Source: Vicinamibacteria bacterium (GTDB lineage Bacteria > Acidobacteriota > Vicinamibacteria > Vicinamibacterales > JAENWD01). Taken from it: DNA of 64,000 bases. Under the pieces are notes generated by a model that saw nothing but the letters and a program-made list of their open reading frames with translations, was not told the DNA's origin and searched no databases. Location of the stretch: contig CAVRDA010000021.1 in NCBI GenBank assembly GCA_963719755.1, forward strand, positions 291,005 through 355,004, given 5' to 3'. Every line of letters begins with the position of its first letter. The first letter of the stretch is position 1. A program made the position numbers and the translations under genes. Of the stretch, positions 37,760 to 50,992 are shown piece by piece.

Positions 37760-39060
37760 GGTCCTGACCGTCGCCGCCTCCGAGTTCGTCACGGCGGTGC
37801 GCGCCAAGGGGTTCCTGATCGGCATCTTCTTCATGCCGATCCTGTTCGGCGGCGCCATGGCCATGCAGAAGGCCGTCGACCGGCAGGTGGACGCCGCTCC
37901 CCGCGTCATCGCGGTCATCGACGACTCCGGGGCGCTGGCCGGGCCCCTGAAGGAGGCATCCGAGGCCTGGAATCGCGGCGAGCGCGATCTGGGGCCGCCG
38001 AAGGCCGACGGCCCCAAATTCGTCGTCGAGCGCATCGACGCCGCCGGCCGCGACCGGCAGCAGCTGCGCCTCGAGCTCTCCGGCCGCGTGCGCCGCGAAG
38101 AGCTCTTTGCCTTTGCGGAACTGCCGGCGGGTCTCCTCGCCCCCAACACGCCGGAGAAGATCCGGTACTACTCGGCGACGCCGGCGTACGGCGAGCTCCC
38201 CTCCTGGCTGCACCGCTCGGTGATGAAGGAAGTCGTGAAGCGACGCTTCGCCGACGCCGACGTCAGCCCCATCGTCGTCGCGGCACTGATTCAGCCGCTG
38301 GCGATCGAAGAACTGGGCCTGCTCGACCGCACGCGCGACGGCGGCGTCACGCCCCGCGCAGACAGTGGACAAGATACGCACGGTTGGCGTCCCCGTCAGC
38401 TTCATGTTCGTGCTCTTCCTGATCGTGATGACGACGACGCCGCAGCTGCTGAACAGCGTGCTCGAGGAGAAGATGAGCCGCATCAGCGAGGTGCTGCTCG
38501 GATCGGTGACGCCGTTTCAGCTGATGCTCGGCAAGCTCCTGGCGAGCACCGCCGTGTCGGGCGTGCTGACGCTGGTGTATCTCACAGGCGCCGCTTACAC
38601 GGCGCGGCGCTGGGGCTACCTCGACGTCATCGACCTGCGCATGCTCGCGTGGTTCGTCCTGTTCCTGCTGCTCGCCGTCACCTTCTACGGCTCGATGTTC
38701 ATCGCGATCGGCTCGGCCTGTTCGGACCTGAAGGACGCGCAGAACCTGATGACGCCGGCGATGATGCTGATCCTGGTGCCGGCGCTGATGTGGCCCGCCG
38801 TCACGCGCGCGCCGCAGAGCATGATCGCCGTGGCGGCATCGCTCTTCCCACCCTCCACGCCGTTCCTCATGCTGCTGCGCCTGGCGCTCGAGGAACGCCC
38901 GCCGGTCTGGCAGGTCGCGCTCAGCGTCGTGCTGACCGTCGCCGCCACCGTCCTCGTCGTGTTCGCCGCCGGCAAGATCGTCCGCACCGGCCTGCTCATG
39001 CAGGGCAAGGGGATCACGTTCGGGGAACTTCGTCCGCTGGGTGAGGGCGTAGGGAGTTGA
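37752..39060 (+). CDS. ABC-2 type permease (NatB-like), frameshift near 38360
   Basis: N-terminal TM, VLEEKMSRISEVLLGS, LMLGK, C-terminal TM bundle. Confidence 0.85.
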
Positions 39061-39087
39061 CGATTGCGGATTGACGATTGACGATTA
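39057..39087. repeat. Heptamer tandem repeat TTGACGA-like x4
   Basis: ttgacga ttgcgga ttgacga ttgacga, starting at the permease stop. Confidence 0.8.
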
Positions 39088-39129
39088 GGGCTGTCGGCCG
39101 CGCTTCGTGCGCGCCATCGAGGAGCCGTC

Positions 39130-39381
39130 ATGACATGGAGCGGGACGATGCGACCAGGCCCCTGCCCCCACTGCGAGAGCACCGAACAGTACGCGAGCAA
39201 GGAAGTCGGCGCCGGTGGCGGCGATGGGCCGAACTACCTGCCCGGCCTCGGCAAGTGGTACGCCGCCGCCAAGTTCACCGTCGTCGTGTGCAAGCGTTGT
39301 GGCTTCACGCGATTCTTCGCGTCGGAGGAAGCACGCGCGAAGCTGGCCGACGCCGGCGAGACCTGGACGCGCGTCAGTTGA
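39130..39381 (+). CDS. Small zinc-ribbon protein
   Basis: CPHC...CKRCG pair; GAGGAG RBS. Confidence 0.7.
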   Translation: MTWSGTMRPGPCPHCESTEQYASKEVGAGGGDGPNYLPGLGKWYAAAKFTVVVCKRCGFTRFFASEEARAKLADAGETWTRVS

Positions 39382-39445
39382 CGACCGCGATTTCGAAGCG
39401 CGGTCCGCGGCGGACCAGGCGCGTTTCAACATCGGAGGGGTTGCC

Positions 39446-39832
39446 ATGGCTATCACCGGCGCGCATGTCCTGCTCTATTCGTCTGCCGCAGAGGAATTAC
39501 GCAAGGTGCTGCGGGACGTCTTCAACTGGAAGTTCGTCGATGCCGGCGATGGCTGGCTGATCTTCGCGCTCCCGCCCGCCGAGCTCGGCGTGCACCCGGC
39601 CGAAGGTCCGACGTTTGAAGCCGGGACGCGCCATCAGTTTTCGCTGATGTGCGACGACATCACCGCAACCGTGCGCGAGCTGCGGGCGAAAGGGATCGAG
39701 GTCCGGGGCGAGCCCGAGGACGAAGGCTGGGGCATCAGCGTCGTGCTCGCCCTTCCGGGTGGTGTGGAGGTCCAGCTCTACGAACCCCGGCACGCCGTCG
39801 CGGCTGCAATTCCTCCCAGCGGGAGCGCGTAG
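39446..39832 (+). CDS. VOC/glyoxalase-family protein
   Basis: GAHVLLYS, GWLIFALPPAELGVHP, LMCDDI, DEGWG, LYEPRH; GGAGG RBS. Confidence 0.85.
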   Translation: MAITGAHVLLYSSAAEELRKVLRDVFNWKFVDAGDGWLIFALPPAELGVHPAEGPTFEAGTRHQFSLMCDDITATVRELRAKGIEVRGEPEDEGWGISVVLALPGGVEVQLYEPRHAVAAAIPPSGSA

Positions 39833-39866
39833 TGTGCAAGCGACTGGTCTGCGATAGACTCGATTC

Positions 39867-40304
39867 ATGCGCTCCATCGCCCTGTCCCTGACCATCGCCC
39901 TGGCAGCTGCCGTCGCGCCCGCGGCGCAGATTGCCACGCCGATTACCGTCTACAAGTCCCCGACCTGCGGCTGCTGCGGCAAGTGGGTCGAACACATGAA
40001 GAAGGCCGGCTTCAACCCGCAGGTCAACGACCTGCCGAACGTCGCGCCGATCAAGCAGGCCGCCGGTGTGCCGGCCGAGCTGCAGTCGTGCCACACGTCC
40101 ACGGTCGAGGGCTACACGATCGAGGGGCACGTGCCGGCAGACGTCATTCGCCAGCTGCTGAAGGAGAAGCCGAAGGTCGCCGGCATCGCGGTGCCCGGCA
40201 TGCCCATCGGCTCGCCCGGCATGGAGCAGGGCGACCGGCAGGACAAGTACAACATCGTCGCCTTCGGCAAGGACGGCAGCCAGAAGGTCTACGCCTCGCG
40301 GTAG
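39867..40304 (+). CDS. DUF411 (CopG-like) exported metal-binding protein
   Basis: YKSPTCGCCGKW, SCHT, EGHVPA, PGMPIGSPGME. Confidence 0.9.
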   Translation: MRSIALSLTIALAAAVAPAAQIATPITVYKSPTCGCCGKWVEHMKKAGFNPQVNDLPNVAPIKQAAGVPAELQSCHTSTVEGYTIEGHVPADVIRQLLKEKPKVAGIAVPGMPIGSPGMEQGDRQDKYNIVAFGKDGSQKVYASR

Positions 40305-40311
40305 CCTCCAG

Positions 40312-42162
40312 GTGAGCGCCGTTCCCGTCGCGCTTCTGTGGGTGGTCGGCGCGATCGCCTCTTCGAACGCCACACCCGTGACCGATCCCCACAGCTACGC
40401 CAGGCCCGCCGAGGCGCGCGTGACCTCGGTCGGGCTCGACCTTCGCGCCGACTTCACGCGCAAGGTCCTGGAAGGCACCGCGACCCTCGCGGTCGAGGCC
40501 GCTCCCGGCGCGCGCGAGCTGGTGCTCGACACGCGCGGCCTCGAGATCCAGGGCGTCACCGATGCGTCCGGCGCGCCCGCTGACGCACGCGCTGGGCGCG
40601 CCCGACCCGCTGCTCGGGCGCGCGCTGACGGTGGCGCTGCCCGCGACCAGCCGCACGGTCGTCGTGCGCTACCGCACGTCCCCCGACGCCGAGGCCCTGC
40701 AGTGGCTGTCGCCGCAGCAGACCGCGGGAGGCACGCATCCGTATCTCTTCTCCCAGGGTCAGGCCATACTCACGCGCACCTGGATTCCGACGCAGGACAG
40801 TCCAGGCATCCGCCAGACCTACCGCGCCCGCATCGTGGTCCCGGCGCCGCTCCGCGCCGTGATGAGCGCCGAGGCCCGCACTCCCGACGGCACGCCCGTC
40901 AGAGGGCGGCCGTGCGTTCGAGTTCGCCCTCGACCAGCCGGTGCCGCCCTACCTGTTCGCGATCGCCATCGGCGACATCGCGTTCAAGCCCGTCGGCCGG
41001 CGGTCGGGCGTGTACGCCGAGCCGTCGGTCGTGGAACGGGCGGCATCGGAGTTCGCCGACCTCGAGAAGATGATCGAGGCGGCCGAGGCGCTTGGCGGGC
41101 CGTACCGGTGGGGCCGCTACGACGTGCTGGTGCTGCCGCCGTCGTTCCCGTTCGGCGGCATGGAGAACCCGCGCGTCACCTTCGCCACGCCGACGATCCT
41201 GGCCGGCGACCGGTCGCTCACCTCCCTCATCGCGCACGAGCTCGCGCATTCCTGGTCCGGAAACCTCGTGACCAACGCGACGTGGCGCGACTTCTGGCTC
41301 AACGAGGGGTTCACGACCTACTTCGAGAACCGGATCATGGAGCAGCTCTACGGCGTCGAGCGCGCGCGCATGCTCGAAGTGCTGGGCCGCCGCGAGCTCG
41401 CCAGCGAGCTGGAATCACTGAAGGACAAGCCGGGCGACCAGGTGCTCCACATCGACCTCACCGGCCGCAACCCGGACGATGGCGTGACGGCGATTGCGTA
41501 TGACAAGGGCGCCGCGTTCGTGCGGATGATCGAGGCGACGGTCGGGCGCGAACGCTTCGACCCCTGGCTCCGCGGCTACTTCGACCGCCACGCGTTCACG
41601 TCGCTGACGACCGAGGAGTTCCTGCAGGACCTGCGCGCCAACCTGATTGCCGGCGACGCGTCGCTCGAGAAGCAGCCTGCTCCTCGATCGGTGGCTCGAA
41701 CAGCCCGGACTGCCGCCCAACGCCACGACGCCGACCTCGGAGGCCTTCACGAAGGTCGAAGGCCAGGTCGCGCGCTTCGTGTCGGGCTCGCCGGCCTCGA
41801 GCCTGGTCACCGGCGGATGGACGACCCAGGAATGGCAGCACTTCGTCGGATCGCTGCCGCAGTCGCTGACCGCCGTGCAGCTGACGGACCTCGATCGGGC
41901 GTTCGGGTTCAGCAGGAGCGGCAACAGCGAAGTGCTTTTCGCCTGGCTGCGGATCGCCATCCGGCACCGCTACGAGCCTGCCATGCCAGCGCTCGAGCAT
42001 TTCCTGACCTCGCAGGGCCGCCGCAAGTTCCTGAAGCCGCTGTACGAAGACCTGATGGCGACCGACTGGGGCAAACAGGAAGCCCGGCGCGTCTACGCAC
42101 GCGCCCGTCCGACCTATCACGCCGTCTCCACCGGCACGCTCGACGCCATCGTCGGCCGCTGA
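40312..42162 (+). CDS. M1-family aminopeptidase (leukotriene A4 hydrolase-like), frameshifted
   Basis: DPHSYA, FGGMENP, HELAHSWSGNLVTN...WLNEG, YDKG, GRRKFLKPLY. Confidence 0.9.
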
Positions 42163-42281
42163 CGCCGTTGTGAAGCGGCGTGCGGTCGCGTGCAGGCCGC
42201 AAAATTCGCGACGACTCCGTAATCTTCCCGGGATTTCCAGCCGATAGCCATGCCGTGAGCAAAGCCTCGGGCGGACCGGCT

Positions 42282-44505
42282 ATGGGCGTGGACATGCCCG
42301 TCGAAGCGGAGCCGCATCTCCGCGCCGTCCTCGAGACGCAGCCGGTCGTCATTTCCAGAATTGCCGGCGATGGCACATTCCTGGCCGTCAACGAGGCCGG
42401 CCTGTCCATGCTGGGCGCCCAGGCGCTCGACCAGGTCCTGGGCACGTCGCTGACGACGATGGTGCCGCCGGAGGAGAGCAAGGGCTGCCTCGGGTTTCTC
42501 GAGCGGGTCATCGGTGGACACCGCGGCTCCTTCGAAGTCGATCTGCTCAGCCTCACCGGCTCCCGCCTCACGCTGGAACTGCACGGCAGCGCGCATCCGG
42601 GCGCGCCGGACGGGATCACGTCGGCGCTCGTCTCGTTTCGCGACGTCACCGAGTCGCGGCGCCTCGAAGAGTCGCTGGTCGAGGCCGCGGCGCGGCAATC
42701 CGAACAGGAAGCGGCACACGACGCCGAGCGCAGCCGGCTGCTGTCGGAGATCGAGCTGGCGCGAAAGACGCCGTCCGATCAGTTCTCGCAGGACGACCAG
42801 CTCACGGAGTCTGGAGCGCCGGCTGGCGGAGCTCCACGAAGAGCGTTCGTCGCTGCTCGCCGCCCACGCAGAGGAAGTCGCGCGGCTGCAGGACGCGCTG
42901 GCCGACGAGCGACGGCAGTCCGAGAGCAGTGCCGCCGCCGTGTCGCAGCTCGACTCGAGCGCGCAGCAGCTCGCCGAGCTGCGCGAACGCCACGACGCGC
43001 TCGAATCCGAACGGCAGCAACTGCTCGAAATGGCCGGGCTGCTGCGCAGCGAGGCCGAGGCGCGCCAGCAGACCGTTCACGAGCTCACCGACCGGCTCGA
43101 GGCGCTCGAGTCCGAGCGGCAACAGGCGCTCGAAGGGTCGAACGCGCTGCGCCTCGAGCTCGACGAGCGCCAGGCACAGGTCGCCAGCCTGACGTCCCGC
43201 CTCGAGCACATCGAGGCCGAGCACCGGAGCGCGAGCGAGACCAGCGCGCACGTCCAGCGCGAGCTGGAGTCGCGGACGTCACTGGCCAACGAGCTGGTGG
43301 CCCGAATCGAGCAGCTCGAATCGGAGTACACGGCGCTGCGCGAGAGCTCGGAATCGAGCCTGCAGGCGCAGCAGGAGCGCTACGCGACCGACACCGACGC
43401 GCTGCGCACGGCGCTCAACGACTCCCTGGGCGAGCAGGCGCGGCTGGCCGAAGCCATGCGCGCCGCGGAAGAGGACGCGAGCCAGAAGGCGGTCTACGCC
43501 GAGACGCTCGAACAGGCGCACAACGCCCGCGTCGACGCGATGAACGCGGAGCATGCGACGCGCGTGAGCGAGCTGGAAGCGGCAAACGCGTCGCGCGTCG
43601 CGGAGGTCGAGGCGCTGGTTGCGGCGCGCCAGGCGGAACTCGAGTCCGCCCGTGCCGCGGCGGAGATGCGTGTCGCCGAGCTCGAGGCGACCTACACCGC
43701 GCAGATCGCGCAGCTCGAGGCGGCACGCGCGACGCTGGTCGCCGAGTCCGAGGCGGCGCTTGCGGCGGCGGCGGAGCGGACCGAGTCGGCGCTGGCCGCC
43801 ATCCAGCGGGCGGAGGAGACCTTCGGCAGCGAACGGCAGCGCCTCGAGGACGCGCTCCTGGCGGCGGTGGACGGAGAGAAGGCCGCCAGGCAGGCGCTGG
43901 CCGCCGAGGTCGCGACGCGCGCCGTCGCCGAGCGCAGCCACAAGCAGATGCTGCAGGCCTTCGAGCGCTTCGCGAAGGACGCCGGCGTCTCGGTGGGAAA
44001 CATCGGGTCTCCCGCCCCGGCGCCGAAGGCGGTTACGACCACCCGCGAACTGGCGGAGCGGCTGAACGTGGATCTGCCGCGCCGGCTGGGCGACGGCCTG
44101 TCGATGTCGCTGCTGGCCGCAAGCGCCGATGCGGTGGTCACAATGGACGGTCAGGCGGTGGCGGACGCGATTGGCGTCTTCGCCGACAGCCGGCGCATGT
44201 CGATGTTGAGCGGCGCCGTCACGGTGGAGCTGGCCGAGGTGATCATCGACGACAGCGTCGGCGGCCTGCGCGGCATGTCGCCGGGTCCCTACGTGCTGGT
44301 CGTGATGAACGTCGATGGGCCAGGGGCGCAGCAGGGATTCCCGGCGGAGATCTACGACACGGCCGACCCGCGCGGCTGGCGTGAGCTGAAGGCCGAGCTC
44401 CAGTCGGCGCGCAGCGCCATCGTCGCCAGCGGCGGGCAAGTGTGGCTGACGCGCGAGGGCGCGTCGATTCTGATCGTCGAGTTCTACCTGCCTCGCGAGG
44501 CGTGA
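42282..44505 (+). CDS. PAS domain + long coiled coil + degenerate HATPase_c-like domain, frameshift near 42810
   Basis: PAS (DGTFLAVNEAGLSMLG...FRDVTESRRLEE), roughly 400 aa rich in E/A/R/L, C-terminus with PGPYVLV...SGGQVWL...EFYLP. Confidence 0.72.
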
Positions 44506-44510
44506 GTCCG

Positions 44511-44963
44511 ATGGCCGACCCGAAAGCCGAAGCCTCCGTCGTCGAGTCCAACCGCAGGGTCGATCCGCGGTACCCGGCCTCTGCCATCCCCGCGATCACG
44601 GGCACGCGGTTGTCGCCTGGAGAGGCAGTGACGCTGGTGAACATCTCGGCCAGCGGCGTGCTGGTCGAGGGCAAGACGCGGTTCGTGCCCGGCACGCGCG
44701 TGACGGTGCACTTTGAAGGCGCCATCAAGCCCAATCAGATGAAGGCGCGCGTCGTCCGCTGCCAGGTGTCGGCGATTGGCGGCGGCGGGTCGCTCCAGTA
44801 TCAGTCCGCGATCGCGTTTGAAGGGCGGATGGATCTTCCGGTCGAGGAGGCGTCGCTGCCGCATCCGGCTCCGCCGGTCGAGGAGCCGCCGCCACCGCCA
44901 AAGAAGGGCAAGGCCGCCGCGCCGCCGCCGCCCGAACCGGCGCGCATTCAGAACCGCTGGTAG
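44511..44963 (+). CDS. Single-domain PilZ protein with Pro-rich tail
   Basis: RxxxR (RVDPR) and [D/N]xSxxG (NISASG) motifs, ARVVR. Confidence 0.82.
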   Translation: MADPKAEASVVESNRRVDPRYPASAIPAITGTRLSPGEAVTLVNISASGVLVEGKTRFVPGTRVTVHFEGAIKPNQMKARVVRCQVSAIGGGGSLQYQSAIAFEGRMDLPVEEASLPHPAPPVEEPPPPPKKGKAAAPPPPEPARIQNRW

Positions 44964-46058
44964 AGGTGCCGCGCCAGGATGGCGGCGTCGACGCGGTGGA
45001 CCAGCAGCCGGTCGGCATCAGCCGCGGCCGCGGTGAACGAGCGCCCGGTCGAGCGGGCGATTCGAGGCGGCGGACTGGCGCGCGCATTCCACACGCAGCA
45101 CGGCATAGGCGGCTTCGAGAGAGCGCACCCAGGCCGTGGCGCTGGCGGCGTGGTACCCGGTCCAGTTCGCGATCGCGCGCGCGGCCAGGAATCGGCCGAC
45201 CGCCCGATCGAGCGCGTGCCAGCCTGACACGACCAGATCGCCATCGATGGCTTCTCGATGTGCGGGAGCCGGTTGGACCGCCAACCCATCCGGGACCGAC
45301 TGCCGTACGAGCGCGTCCAGCCGTTCGATCCCGGGTACGTCCGCGTCCTCTGCGGCCGAGAGCGCGTCGTCGATCGCGAGTTCGACCTCCTCCTCGAGCG
45401 CCGGGCCTGCCGACGGCCGCCAGCCTTCCAGCCGCGCCGCGGCGATCCGGAGCGCGTGCAGGGCACGCTCGGGCGATCCTCGATCGAGGGCGCGTCGCAC
45501 GCCGTCCTCCCATCGGGCGAGCGCGGGCCAGTCCCACAGCACCTGCGCGCTCAGTTGTGGCGGCAAGGCGTCACGCGCATCGAGCCCCTCCCACTGCAGG
45601 TCGGGCGTCAGCAAAGGGCCCTCGCTGACGAGTGCGAAGGGGTCGTCGCAATCGGCAAACAGCAGGCTCGCGGCGGTCGGGCACACGTGCGACAGGCTCA
45701 CGAACACCCCTCGCGGGTCCATCGTCACGACACGCGGGAAATGCTGGCACGCGGAGGGAAGCCGCTGGTGCCCGCGCTGGCGCTGAATCGCGCACAGCCG
45801 TCCGCGATCAGGCTCGAAGAACACACATTGGCAGCCGATCCTGCCGGCGACGACAGGCTCGCCATGAGGAAGCCCGGCCGCGGCCACGAACCGCGGCACG
45901 TCGGCAGGAGCGTCGACGGTCAGCGCGCCCGACCGAATGTCGTCGGTCAGGAGGGCGTGGAGCGGCGCGTCGACGGCGATGTCCCAGCCTTCGTTGCAGC
46001 AGACACCCGAGTGGCGGCAGCGGTACGTCGAGTGCAGCCGGAGCGCGAAGACGGACAC
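44948..46058 (-). CDS. YkgJ/FliB-like Cys-cluster protein, frameshift near the 3' end
   Basis: CRHSGVCC, CVFF, LCAIQ, LPSACQHFPR, SHVCP. Confidence 0.7.
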
Positions 46059-46120
46059 CTGGCCACGATACACAGGATCGCGCCGGCGTGGGCCTGAAGC
46101 CGCTGATCTATGCTCATCCG

Positions 46121-47479
46121 ATGAACCGCATCGGCTGCCTGCTCGTCGCCGCGCTCCTGGGATCGATCGGCCTCGCCACCGAGGCCGAGACCAGCCGTCA
46201 CGTGATCCTCGTCACGATCGACGGCTTCGCGAACTTCCACCTGAAGAACCCGGCGGTCGATCTGCCGACGGTGCGGGCACTGGCCAGGGCAGGGGTCGAA
46301 GCCGAGAGCGCCGAGACCGTGTTCCCGAGCGTGACGCATCCATCGCACACGACGCTGGTCACCGGCGTCCGGCCGCTCCGCCACGGCGTGATCAACAACC
46401 GCGTGGTGAACCGCGTCACCGGCGAGCGCTTTCACGTGACGAACAAGGCGCGCACCGAGATCGTGCGCGTGCCGACGATCTTCGACGCGGCGCGCCAGGG
46501 CCGCCTGAGCACGGCGTCGTTCTTCTGGCCGGAGACCAGGGACGATCCGTCCATCGATTTCAACGTGCCGGAAGTCTTCACGCCGGAGAGCAAGGGGGAC
46601 ATCTCCGCGGTGCCGAAGGCCGTCCTCGACGAGCTGCGCGGCGCCGGCGTGCCAATCGACGACTACTTCCGCTACTACGGCGACTCGTTCCTGATGGGGA
46701 CCTCCGACGCGGTGCTGGCGGCCGCGGCGGCGCACGCGATCAAGACGCGCAAGCCGGCGCTGCTCGCGATTCATTTCCTCTTCACCGACGAGGTCCAGCA
46801 CGAGCTCGGGCCGGATCACTACCGGGCCAAGGCGGCACTGACATCAGCCGATCACGCGCTCGGCATGCTCGTGGACGCGGTACGCGCCGCGGGCATCGCC
46901 GACCAGACGACCTTCATCGTCACCGCGGACCATGGATTCGCGACCGTCGACAAGCAGGTGAACGTGGCGCCAGCATTCGCGGCGCCGGAACTGAAAGGCG
47001 CCGTGACGCTGCATCCGCAGGGCTGGACGCTGTTTGTCGAACGCACACCGGCGTTCGACGCGTCACGTCATCAGGCCGCGCTCGAGCGCGCCTACCAGCA
47101 GGCCGCGGCGCTTCCCGGCGTCGCTCGCGTCGTGCGATCGCCGGAGTTCCACTCGCTCGGCATCCCGACCTACGACGAGAGCCCGTTCATCCGCGGCCAG
47201 GACATGATCGTCGCGGACGTGGACACGCACCTTGCCGCCGACGCGAACAACCCGTCCACCGCGCGCGTGCCGCTCGCGCCGCCTCGACACGAGCATGGGT
47301 ATCTGCCGAGCGACCCGAAGATGTTCACGTCGCTCGTCCTGTCGGGCCGCGGAGTCAAGAAGGGGACGACGATCGGCCACGTCCGCAGCCTCGACGTCGC
47401 GCCGACCATCGCACGGCTGCTGGGCATCGAGCTGAAGGACGTGGAGGGACGCGTCCTGACCGAAGCGCTCGTCCCCTGA
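46121..47479 (+). CDS. Nucleotide pyrophosphatase/phosphodiesterase (alkaline phosphatase superfamily)
   Basis: TIDG, FPSVTHPSHTTLVTG, DEVQH, ADHG, HGY, DVAPTIA; signal peptide. Confidence 0.88.
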   Translation: MNRIGCLLVAALLGSIGLATEAETSRHVILVTIDGFANFHLKNPAVDLPTVRALARAGVEAESAETVFPSVTHPSHTTLVTGVRPLRHGVINNRVVNRVTGERFHVTNKARTEIVRVPTIFDAARQGRLSTASFFWPETRDDPSIDFNVPEVFTPESKGDISAVPKAVLDELRGAGVPIDDYFRYYGDSFLMGTSDAVLAAAAAHAIKTRKPALLAIHFLFTDEVQHELGPDHYRAKAALTSADHALGMLVDAVRAAGIADQTTFIVTADHGFATVDKQVNVAPAFAAPELKGAVTLHPQGWTLFVERTPAFDASRHQAALERAYQQAAALPGVARVVRSPEFHSLGIPTYDESPFIRGQDMIVADVDTHLAADANNPSTARVPLAPPRHEHGYLPSDPKMFTSLVLSGRGVKKGTTIGHVRSLDVAPTIARLLGIELKDVEGRVLTEALVP

Positions 47480-47480
47480 G

Positions 47481-49931
<2,451 letters not shown>

Positions 49932-50090
49932 GGAAGTCTCCAGATCGGCGTGTTGGACGGCGCCGCGCGGTGGCGCGTTCCCTGGCCCCTCAATCTTCAG
50001 CCGATTACGGCCGGGCTGAACGGGGCGACGAAATCCCCCGTGCACAGGGTAGATTCTTCGTGGCCGCTTCGAGGCGGCGCAATTCGCCCC

Positions 50091-50648
50091 ATGGCCGACG
50101 ACCGCGCACCCGATCTCCCCTTCAAGGCCACAACGCTGAGCACGGCCTACGACCACGTCGGCACGCTGCCGGTGTCGGTCCTGCTCGACTCGGTCCGCAG
50201 CCTCTACAACGTCGGCGCCTTCTTCAGGACGCTCGAGGCGGCCGGCGGCGCGCATCTCTACCTCGCGGGCATCTCCGCGACGCCGCCGCATCCGAAGCTG
50301 ACCAAGACCGCACTCGGCGCGGAGCAGACGGTGCCGTGGACGGCGGTCCCCGACGTCGCGGCAGAGATCGCCGCGCTCCGGGCACGCCACGTCACGGTGG
50401 CCGCCATCGAGACGGCGGCAACCGCCGTCGACCTCTACGACTGGCGGCCGCGTTTTCCGGTCTGCCTCGTGTTCGGCCACGAAGTGGAGGGGTTGTCCGC
50501 AGCGGTGCTCGAGGCGTGCGATGTGCGCGTGCGCATTCCGATGCTGGGTCGGAAGCACTCGCTGAACGTCGCCACCGCGGGCGGAGTCGTCGTCTACGAG
50601 CTGCTGCGGCAGTATCGCGATCGGCGCCACGCGGATGCCAGTTCCTGA
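50091..50648 (+). CDS. TrmH/SpoU-family RNA methyltransferase
   Basis: LDSVRSLYNVGAFFRT, VFGHEVEG, IPMLGRKHSLNVA. Confidence 0.9.
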   Translation: MADDRAPDLPFKATTLSTAYDHVGTLPVSVLLDSVRSLYNVGAFFRTLEAAGGAHLYLAGISATPPHPKLTKTALGAEQTVPWTAVPDVAAEIAALRARHVTVAAIETAATAVDLYDWRPRFPVCLVFGHEVEGLSAAVLEACDVRVRIPMLGRKHSLNVATAGGVVVYELLRQYRDRRHADASS

Positions 50649-50723
50649 GACGATGCGCGTGCGAGCGCCGCGCCGGCGCGCGGCGGTGGCATGATCTATC
50701 CGCGGATGCCGAAGACTGGACGG

Positions 50724-50886
50724 AGACCGGAGCCGATCCGCGGCGGCGGGCAACGCCGGCGTGCGAGGGACGATGCCCGGAAACCAAGAGCGGCCCAGGA
50801 CCACGACTGCGCTCTCATTTTCCGGGCTTCGTTCCCTCGCCGGCAAGGCCGCTTCGCGGCCTGCCGCCGCGGTTCGGCTGGTGTCT
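50724..50886 (+). ncRNA. Candidate structured RNA or long imperfect hairpin of unknown class
   Basis: 50731-50751 pairs with 50859-50879, 50763-50783 with 50819-50840, 50787-50792 with 50810-50815. Confidence 0.45.
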
Positions 50887-50992
50887 GGAGACCCGCGTTA
50901 TTTGACCGGCGAGAATGATCCGCGTAGACTGCGGATGAATACTCCGCGTAATCCAATCGAATCGCGCAATTCGTGCCGACAATCGAGCATCC

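Noticed and set aside
49932-50846. N-terminal ~300 aa of the 1121-aa permease ORF as a novel fusion
   Set aside because: It is the antisense of the TrmH gene plus intergenic DNA; the permease family start is the GTG at 49931.
50691-50918. 75-aa ORF across the long hairpin
   Set aside because: Arg-rich, no RBS or motif; the nested base pairing explains the sequence better.
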